This document shows positions 57,527 through 64,000 of a DNA stretch of 64,000 nt, in pieces; position 1 is the stretch's first letter; each line of letters opens with the position of its first letter. The notes below the pieces were generated by a model. That model saw only the letters and a list, made by a program, of their open reading frames with translations. It had not been told where the DNA came from and made no database searches. The position numbers and the translations under genes were made by a program. This DNA comes from a virus (taxonomy: Duplodnaviria > Caudoviricetes), in IMG/VR virus record IMGVR_UViG_3300025150_000002, positions 139,522 through 203,521 of that record, one strand, 5' to 3'.

Positions 57527-57829
57527 ATGGCCAGCGAGACGCACGAGATTCTGCGTCGGGTCGGGTACGACGGGCACTACTACCTGATCGTACCCGACCA
57601 CGCTGCCGGCCGTCGAAGGCGGTTCGCGGTCTACAAGATCCCGTCCAGCCCAGCTCGACGAACGCTCATCATCGGCAGGGACCTCACACTCGCTCAAGCG
57701 CGTCGTACCGCCGGACAGACAACCGAGTCGCGCACCGTGCCCAAAAAAGCCGAAGATCCTGCTGCCGTCTTCGAGTCGAAGACGTGCAGGCACGGAAAGC
57801 TGTGGATGGACTACTGCGACTATTGCTGA
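57527..57829 (+). CDS. Hypothetical protein
   Basis: Ends CRHGKLWMDYCDYC. Confidence 0.55.
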   Translation: MASETHEILRRVGYDGHYYLIVPDHAAGRRRRFAVYKIPSSPARRTLIIGRDLTLAQARRTAGQTTESRTVPKKAEDPAAVFESKTCRHGKLWMDYCDYC

Positions 57830-57915
57830 GCCTCAGGCTCGGACCGGGTCCGGAGGACGTCTAGTTGCAGTGTCATCTCAACGGCATCGTAGTTGAGACA
57901 GACTGAGAGACGTTA

Positions 57916-58305
57916 ATGAAGTCAAAAGAGCGCACCGATGTGGTTGAGCCTGTGGTTGAGCCCGCGCACCGAAGGCATCCCTGGAATGACGTCGTATTCT
58001 GCCTCTGCCTAGTCGGGGTCGGCTGGGCGTTGCGGGCGTGGTGGAGCTCGCCTGAGGGTCCTCCTCCGACCATCAGCTACTTCAACCGTAGTGGCGTCGA
58101 TGGAATGGTGCTTACCTACGAGGGAAACACTTACTACAACACCAACCCAGCAGGTCGGTGGGTCGACGAGAAAGGAGAAGAGGTTCTTTTGGGGAGACAC
58201 TACCCTTTCGTAGTCGACCAAGGCGAGCTGTTCGAGGTCCTGAATCAACTGGAGACGAAGGCCCGAGGTTGTCGCCTGGTTGATGCGGCCGACTCAAAGA
58301 AGTAA
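57916..58305 (+). CDS. Membrane-anchored hypothetical protein
   Basis: One TM segment near N-terminus. Confidence 0.55.
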   Translation: MKSKERTDVVEPVVEPAHRRHPWNDVVFCLCLVGVGWALRAWWSSPEGPPPTISYFNRSGVDGMVLTYEGNTYYNTNPAGRWVDEKGEEVLLGRHYPFVVDQGELFEVLNQLETKARGCRLVDAADSKK

Positions 58306-58318
58306 AGGTAGGAATCTG

Positions 58319-58546
58319 GTGTCTGAGGTTGGAAGGCGCTACAAGATCGTTCAACAAGTGTCCGTCGCGTACCTCAACGAGGGCGACCAGTGCGAGGTTA
58401 TCGTCTCTCCGGGAGCTGGAGAGTTCTGGTTCGATGGCTCGAACATCCTCTACGAGGACGCGAAGTCAGGACGGGTCGTCACCACCACCTGGACCAATAA
58501 CTTCATCGACTCCATGGTCGAGGCGGGCAGACTGGCTTCGGTATAA
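58319..58546 (+). CDS. Hypothetical protein
   Basis: In + strand run. Confidence 0.5.
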   Translation: MSEVGRRYKIVQQVSVAYLNEGDQCEVIVSPGAGEFWFDGSNILYEDAKSGRVVTTTWTNNFIDSMVEAGRLASV

Positions 58547-58583
58547 GGTGAGAGTGCCTGAGAGCTGTCCTGACGGAGACGAG

Positions 58584-59018
58584 ATGACCCAACGCCCGCC
58601 ACAAGGACCGACCGACTTCCGATTGTGCGAGCGGAGTGACATCAACGCTCTCATCTATCGATGCATAGACTACGTCGCCACGGCGTTAAACCCGTGGCCC
58701 GTATACGGTCACCCGGAGGAGGAGGACTGCTACACCAATTCCACAACCCTCTTCGGTGTCTGGCGTGTGGTGGCCGTCTGGACCGCCTCAGGTTGCCTGT
58801 TCGCGCTGACCGTAAACCAAGTGTCATCTCATGAGGTCGTCCTCAGCTACTACAACGCCGAGTTCGATGAGCCGGACGACTACATCGATGCACCTGATGA
58901 TCTACTCCCAGTAAACGTAGATCATATCGAGGTGTCCTCTGGATCAGAGGAGCTGATCGCATTGTTCTCGGCCGACCTGGGTACAGCGTTCGTGCTAGAC
59001 GCGCTGGCGGATATCTAG
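58584..59018 (+). CDS. Hypothetical protein with LDxL tag
   Basis: Ends AFVLDALADI. Confidence 0.65.
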   Translation: MTQRPPQGPTDFRLCERSDINALIYRCIDYVATALNPWPVYGHPEEEDCYTNSTTLFGVWRVVAVWTASGCLFALTVNQVSSHEVVLSYYNAEFDEPDDYIDAPDDLLPVNVDHIEVSSGSEELIALFSADLGTAFVLDALADI

Positions 59019-59287
59019 TGGACATCACCCTTCAACCTGGGGACCGAGTCGAGTGCTGGGTCTCTGGTCCAAGCTCATGCGGGCGCTACCTCATTAGCAA
59101 CGTGAAGCTCGCCAAGGGCACTTTTCATGGCTGGGAGGCTCAGGGTGTTGATCGTGGTCCGCACATCTACTACCCGAACGGAGCGTCATGGGCGAGGGTT
59201 CAGGTTGATGGCTCCAGCGATGTATACCGTGTTCGCCCTGAGAAGGTCTTCCGTCTGGGCGTCCTGGACCGACTGGCGGAGATCTAA
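59018..59287 (+). CDS. SH3/KOW-like protein with LDxL tag
   Basis: LQPGDRVE; ends LGVLDRLAEI. Confidence 0.65.
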   Translation: MDITLQPGDRVECWVSGPSSCGRYLISNVKLAKGTFHGWEAQGVDRGPHIYYPNGASWARVQVDGSSDVYRVRPEKVFRLGVLDRLAEI

Positions 59288-59658
59288 TGCACCCATCTGA
59301 CGACCCCAACAACGAGGACCTGGTCATTGAGATCCAAATGGTTGCGACCAGGATCCTTGCCGCGCTCAAGTTGCTCAACCCGAAGGACTACAAGGTCGTC
59401 TGGGAGAATCGGGAAACTCTCAGAACCCCGGTAGTCGGTTACACGGAGTGTTACGCCGAGACCGGCCGGTTAGGGCTTCGATGCTCAGATACCGGCTGGG
59501 TCACTGCGGTAGACCTTCTCCTACCGAGCCGCACTCTTTTTCATGCGTGGATCGGTAACGGTCCGCTGGAGTACGATTGGGATACTGACGTGGCCCGCAA
59601 ACTAATCATGCCAGAGTTGCGGCGTGTTCTGATCCTTGAGGACATGGCGAGGATCTGA
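59287..59658 (+). CDS. Hypothetical protein with LDxL tag
   Basis: Ends RRVLILEDMARI. Confidence 0.65.
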   Translation: MHPSDDPNNEDLVIEIQMVATRILAALKLLNPKDYKVVWENRETLRTPVVGYTECYAETGRLGLRCSDTGWVTAVDLLLPSRTLFHAWIGNGPLEYDWDTDVARKLIMPELRRVLILEDMARI

Positions 59659-59915
59659 TGCCCGACAAGTCATGGTGGACGGAGGGTGGAAATATCCTCT
59701 CGCTTTGCGAGCGGAGCGCCATCAACTTGACCTTCGATTCCGACGGTCGCGTGGCTGTCTGGACCAGCGGTGGAGACAGAGTCATCCTCGATCAGACCAG
59801 GATCGAGCAACTCACGAGGGTCATGCTCGATCGGCTTGGCCAGCCGGGCCGGGCCGCAATCATGAACGAGCTCATCAGCGAGATGCTGTTGGACGCATCG
59901 AGCCGCAAATTTTGA
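59658..59915 (+). CDS. Hypothetical protein
   Basis: TGATG coupling; contains VMLDRLGQ. Confidence 0.55.
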   Translation: MPDKSWWTEGGNILSLCERSAINLTFDSDGRVAVWTSGGDRVILDQTRIEQLTRVMLDRLGQPGRAAIMNELISEMLLDASSRKF

Positions 59916-59972
59916 AAACGAAGTGCGAGATTAGGCTGGATTCAACCTTCTAGATCATAAAGGAGGAGAACG

Positions 59973-60482
59973 ATGCCGAACGCACCTGTAGTGACCTGTC
60001 CGCACTGTCCGCACTGTCGAGCCATGGTGGCCGCCCACCCTACGCCTGTCTCTGAGAAGGCTCGTAAAACCCCCAAGATAGGTGAGTGCTCCTTCTGTAA
60101 CGTAGCCGCGACTTGCTCCGCTTGGGGCGTCGCGTCCTACGGACCTGGGGGAGGACTTGACGCCCACTGGGCGATCTTCCCGGCATGCGACCGATGCGCC
60201 GACTCTGATTGGGGCGCCCGGCCGGCCCACACCAGACCATCAACCTCGGCAACACGTCGGGTCGTAGGCGCACCGGCTCTACCCGAGCTTATCGAGTGCT
60301 CCTTCGTGATGTCTTGGGCTGGAATGTGCCACGTCAAGCACCCCAAGTCCGAGGGCAAGTTCTGCGCTCGCCACCGTGGACTGAAGTGTCGGTGTGGAAG
60401 AGCGGCTTCCACGGACTGCGACTCAGTAATCGGACCGATGGTCTGCGGGATGCCGCTCTGCGGCAGGTGCCGCTGTCACTAG
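59973..60482 (+). CDS. Cys-rich multi-zinc-finger protein
   Basis: About 18 Cys in CxxC pairs; SD AAGGAGGAG. Confidence 0.65.
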   Translation: MPNAPVVTCPHCPHCRAMVAAHPTPVSEKARKTPKIGECSFCNVAATCSAWGVASYGPGGGLDAHWAIFPACDRCADSDWGARPAHTRPSTSATRRVVGAPALPELIECSFVMSWAGMCHVKHPKSEGKFCARHRGLKCRCGRAASTDCDSVIGPMVCGMPLCGRCRCH

Positions 60483-60709
60483 ATTCGGGCCAGGTCGTCT
60501 AGCACGAACTCGCGGCCCAACAGCCTCATCAACTCCAATACCTCGTCCTTCATCATCCCAACCTGGCCAGCGAGCCTTCCTTCGCTGAAGCGACGCTCGC
60601 TTAGGACCACACGCTGCTTGTCGTCGCTGATGGCGAGCTCCAGCCGTATGAACTCGTCACCGCCATCTCTGGACAGAGACCGTCCGAATCGGGTCACTAC
60701 GTATTTCAT
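60479..60709 (-). CDS. Hypothetical protein with LDxL tag
   Basis: Ends REFVLDDLARI. Confidence 0.65.
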   Translation of the reverse strand: MKYVVTRFGRSLSRDGGDEFIRLELAISDDKQRVVLSERRFSEGRLAGQVGMMKDEVLELMRLLGREFVLDDLARI

Positions 60710-61299
60710 TGGACTCTCAGGAGGTGGGAGTGGTGGTCGCGGTGGGTCCTGATCTTGACCTGTGGAACGCCGGCCACCAGGATCCCGTGCTTGGTCAGCC
60801 AGGCGATTGTCTCGTCGAATGTCTCATCACGGCCCATCCTGGTTAACGCGACCTCGTCCCACTCGTGGTCATCCATGTTCTTGCGCCACTCTCCGCCGAT
60901 GTGGTGGACCCAGAGAATTCCCATGAGCGATGCGCGCGACTCCTCTCGGAAATCGTAGTCACCGGCCATGATCGAATCGCAGTTTCCGCCGTCAGGCTCC
61001 GAGCCCAGGCCAAAGCCCTTCAGAAGCCGACGCTTAGGGGAAGCGACCTGATAGTGGCCGAGCTCGTGGAGGATGTTCTGGACTGAGTCACCTCGAAGCG
61101 TCTGACTCTTGCCGTCCCATTGGTATTTCTGATTATCGAACGACCACTTGAACCCCTCCCACTTCAGTCCGAACGACTTCACGAGCTGGTCCATTTTGCG
61201 GACCAGGTCGCAGTTAGGGTCGGCCTTCAACACGTTTTCCCGAAGGCTACTGACGTGGTTCGAAAAAAGTGCGGCCCGAATCTCCTCCGCAGGTGTCAT
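60706..61299 (-). CDS. HExxH-motif protein (putative metalloenzyme)
   Basis: ILHELGHYQVA..KRR..KGFGLG.EPDGG. Confidence 0.6.
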   Translation of the reverse strand: MTPAEEIRAALFSNHVSSLRENVLKADPNCDLVRKMDQLVKSFGLKWEGFKWSFDNQKYQWDGKSQTLRGDSVQNILHELGHYQVASPKRRLLKGFGLGSEPDGGNCDSIMAGDYDFREESRASLMGILWVHHIGGEWRKNMDDHEWDEVALTRMGRDETFDETIAWLTKHGILVAGVPQVKIRTHRDHHSHLLRVQ

Positions 61300-61514
61300 G
61301 TAATGCGCCCCAGCATGTCCAAGGGGAACCGCTCATTGATCAGCTTTGCCAGATCCATCAGCGCCTCGTTCGCCACGACGATACGGAGGTCTCCCTCCCT
61401 CCCATCTCGGATTCTGATGATCGAGGAATACACGGGGCCGAACTGGATGGCTAGCTCCGCCCGGTAGTTCTTGTCGGTGTCTGATTTCTGGAAGACGATC
61501 AGCTCGTGACTCAT
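61296..61514 (-). CDS. Hypothetical protein with LDxL tag
   Basis: Ends RFPLDMLGRIT. Confidence 0.65.
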   Translation of the reverse strand: MSHELIVFQKSDTDKNYRAELAIQFGPVYSSIIRIRDGREGDLRIVVANEALMDLAKLINERFPLDMLGRIT

Positions 61515-61621
61515 ACCATTCTCTTACCCGGAGATCGCTCGAAAATGTTGCGGCCAACCACTCGATGCATTAGGACGGCCTGCACCTATCGGGTCAAACG
61601 CCGGTAGAACAGGAAGAGGAC

Positions 61622-62089
61622 ATGACACCTCAGATGAATTTGAAGCAACGCGTGTGGGGGCCGAGCGTTGACCACGATCCTCGCTGTGACCAGCGCATCT
61701 CCGGAGGCCATCTAAGCGTACGTTACACCTGCCTCAAGCGTTTCTACTGCGAGGGATGCGACGCCATGCACATGGACCGCAAGTGCCCTCGGACCGTGCT
61801 GGACCAGATCGTGGAGGCGGTCGAGTTCGAGAGGAAGACCCCCAAGCAGCTGATCGGCGAGATCCTCGACGCGGCTGAGGCTCGGGGAGGTTATCTCTCC
61901 GGACGTCCGATCGAGTTCCACATCAAGAGCCGGATCGAGGAGTTGGTGGCCCGGCACGGTAACCTCGGCATGACCCGAGTGAGGCTCTTCAACATGATTC
62001 GTAAGGAGATGCACCGCCGGTGGAATCGGGAGTACCGGCGGCTGTGGGAGGAGCGCCGTAAGGAGCGCGAGCAGGAGCGCGAGGAGTAG
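61622..62089 (+). CDS. Hypothetical protein with internal LDxL tag
   Basis: Cys/His N-terminal part, RTVLDQIVEAV, basic helical tail. Confidence 0.6.
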   Translation: MTPQMNLKQRVWGPSVDHDPRCDQRISGGHLSVRYTCLKRFYCEGCDAMHMDRKCPRTVLDQIVEAVEFERKTPKQLIGEILDAAEARGGYLSGRPIEFHIKSRIEELVARHGNLGMTRVRLFNMIRKEMHRRWNREYRRLWEERRKEREQEREE

Positions 62090-62092
62090 GGC

Positions 62093-62590
62093 GTGAGTGA
62101 TATGGGACACTTGCTGGAGCAGTTGCGGTCCGAATCACGGGACGAGGCCGTAGATGCGGCAGAGAGCCTCGGCCGACAACACAGCGCAGAGGCCGTCCCA
62201 GTCCTCCTTGAGGTTCTCCAAGAGACTGACGACAGGGTAATTCGAAATGCTGTGGCAATGGCATTGAGGGAGATTGGCGATAGTAGGGCCGCTGCGCCGC
62301 TTGCAAAGCTGATCGATCACGATCACACGTTGGGCTCAAGGGGCACGCTACTCTATGCTCTTGAGAGTTTTGACTGCACCCCCTTCGCTCCGATGCTGAT
62401 CCGCCTAGTCACCACAGGAGGTTTTGAAGTAAGAGCGCAGGCATTGCGCATTCTGATCGACCTCCTCGCCCCGGAGAAGAAAGTTTACCGCGTCGTCTTG
62501 AACTGCGAGGCTGAGCTTGATGAGGCTAGGAATCGGCTCCATCACCTGGAGTTGCTGTTCGACGCAATTGGCGCTTGCCAGGGCCCTTAA
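62093..62590 (+). CDS. HEAT-repeat (PBS-lyase-like) protein
   Basis: AAESLG...AVPVLLEVL...IRNAVAMALREIG. Confidence 0.8.
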   Translation: MSDMGHLLEQLRSESRDEAVDAAESLGRQHSAEAVPVLLEVLQETDDRVIRNAVAMALREIGDSRAAAPLAKLIDHDHTLGSRGTLLYALESFDCTPFAPMLIRLVTTGGFEVRAQALRILIDLLAPEKKVYRVVLNCEAELDEARNRLHHLELLFDAIGACQGP

Positions 62591-62702
62591 TTCGGCGGAC
62601 CCGGTTCACCAGTTGGAGAAGCACAGTGTCTTCGTCGGTCCAGTCCATACCTACCTGTTCTACCACCTAAGTCCATGCCGTTTCAAGAATTTGCGGCCCG
62701 TA

Positions 62703-62951
62703 CTAGGCTTGTCCTAGTGCGTCTAGTGGGGAGTCTTTGATGAGCCACCCCATGATGTCGCGGCGCGTCTCGGGTGCAGCGTGGGCGAGGAGAACACGAA
62801 GCAATGCGGCCCGCCTCGTATCGTCCATACCAACGCACCCTACACTGGTCCCATCCTTGGTCATGTAGAAGTCGGCGGCCCCATTCTCATAGAGCTCGAT
62901 GATTAGCTTAACCGACTCGTTCGAGTGGCTGGTGAAGGCGACGATTTGCAT
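62703..62951 (-). CDS. Hypothetical protein with LDxL tag
   Basis: SD AGGAG; ends DSPLDALGQA. Confidence 0.6.
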   Translation of the reverse strand: MQIVAFTSHSNESVKLIIELYENGAADFYMTKDGTSVGCVGMDDTRRAALLRVLLAHAAPETRRDIMGWLIKDSPLDALGQA

Positions 62952-62989
62952 TTGATCTCCTGGGTGTTTCAAAGGATTTGCGGCCCCTA

Positions 62990-63394
62990 CTAGGAGCCCA
63001 ACTCAGCCAGCATGTCCAAGACCATGAGCTCGTCCAAGAGCGGCTTTATGAGCTTGAGAACGACGTCCACGTGGGTGAGAGCGTAGTTGATGGCGTTGGC
63101 GCTATCGGCTGCGAGTAGTGTCCCTTCAACGGAAGGGTCGACGGAAGGATCGATGATACGTACGGTGCCGTCAGGGTCGAGGCAAACACGGTAGCCGCCG
63201 AGCCTGCAACTGCAGTTGCTGCAGCCGTAATTGCCGTTTAGGCCGTCCTGCCCGTCAGCGATCTGAACTGCCCTCTCACCGACGTGCTTGAGCCACCCCT
63301 GGTAGTCGTGGACGTTGGATCGGAGGTAGATTCGGAGGTGCCTGACAAGGGCCTCCAGCTGCTCGTTGGGCGGTGGGTTTAGTTGACTGTGCAT
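62990..63394 (-). CDS. Hypothetical protein with LDxL tag
   Basis: Ends ELMVLDMLAELGS; GGTAGAAC 6 nt upstream. Confidence 0.6.
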   Translation of the reverse strand: MHSQLNPPPNEQLEALVRHLRIYLRSNVHDYQGWLKHVGERAVQIADGQDGLNGNYGCSNCSCRLGGYRVCLDPDGTVRIIDPSVDPSVEGTLLAADSANAINYALTHVDVVLKLIKPLLDELMVLDMLAELGS

Positions 63395-63469
63395 GCGGGG
63401 TTCTACCCACCGTTTCAAAATTTTGCGGCCCAGATAGCTCTCCTACTAGGGGAGCTACTGCGAGCACAG

Positions 63470-63717
63470 ACACGAACACGAATGCGATCACGAACGCGAT
63501 CACGAACACGATCACGAACACGAGCGCGTGTCCAACGCATGGCACCGCACGGTGAGCAGGTTGAGCAGGTTGAGCAGGTTGAGCAGGTTGAGCAGGTTGA
63601 GCAGGTAGCGCGTCGGGACGACGCGGGGTGTCAAGGCGCTACCCCAGGAGCCAGGGATACCTGGGCAACACCGGGCAACACCGGGCAACACCGGGCAACA
63701 CCGGGCAACACCGGGCA
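63470..63717. repeat. Cluster of three short tandem-repeat arrays
   Basis: Degenerate CACGAAC(A/G)CGAT 12-mers (~63470-63522), (GAGCAGGTT)5 plus partial (63554-63606), (CCGGGCAACA)4 plus variants (63661-63717). Confidence 0.9.
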
Positions 63718-64000
63718 GGGCGTGTCCGAACAATCAGACACGACGTTCGACATTGACGAGGTCACCTGGGTAAGTCCTTGTTTACCAAGCGTCCAGATCA
63801 GACAAACACGCTGTCAGGGCGGAGTGCGCTTGAAAGTGAGATCAAGCACCTTGGATGTATTCCTTTAGGGGGTATTGTATGTTCGGACACGGGAGCATCG
63901 ATAACATAGGGTAACCCCAACAGTAGCAATGGGTTACCAGCAGGCGACGTAACCCCGTGTCGTTTGTACGTTTAGGTTTGTATGGGGTTTATAGGCGATT

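Noticed and set aside
63470-63717. CRISPR array
   Set aside because: Pure tandem repeats with no unique spacers.

Overview
A gene-dense, roughly 60% GC segment of a large bacteriophage genome. All family calls come from motifs recognised by eye; no database search was run. Left end: a lambda-O-like replication module (initiator with internal iteron-like repeats, DnaC-type loader, intein-containing DnaB), an FGE-sulfatase-domain protein, a HerA-like ATPase, a secreted vWA protein and a RecQ helicase carrying two inteins. The rest is a long accessory region of about 90 mostly short ORFs. It includes GlnII-type glutamine synthetase, ClpS, a thermonuclease, Nudix enzymes, a hemerythrin, a CoaB-like/aldolase fusion, a stand-alone gp23-like capsid paralogue, four free-standing homing endonucleases, tRNA-Ser(TGA) and two candidate large structured ncRNAs. 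The ClpS type, a Prok-RING protein, HEAT/FGE proteins and an MSDxRLRELER N-terminal module suggest a Planctomycetota host (inference). The most striking unexplained signal is a short peptide, (V/I/P)L(D/E)x(L/I/M)(A/V/S/G)x(I/L/V), for example VLDRLAEI. It ends about 29 otherwise unrelated small proteins on both strands, occurs internally in about 7 more, and is also attached to fragments of conserved genes. Other recurrent signals are a GGTAGAAC box usually 6-7 nt before start codons (likely leaderless promoter), two further repeated upstream boxes, and homing endonucleases flanked by duplicated ends of their neighbouring genes.
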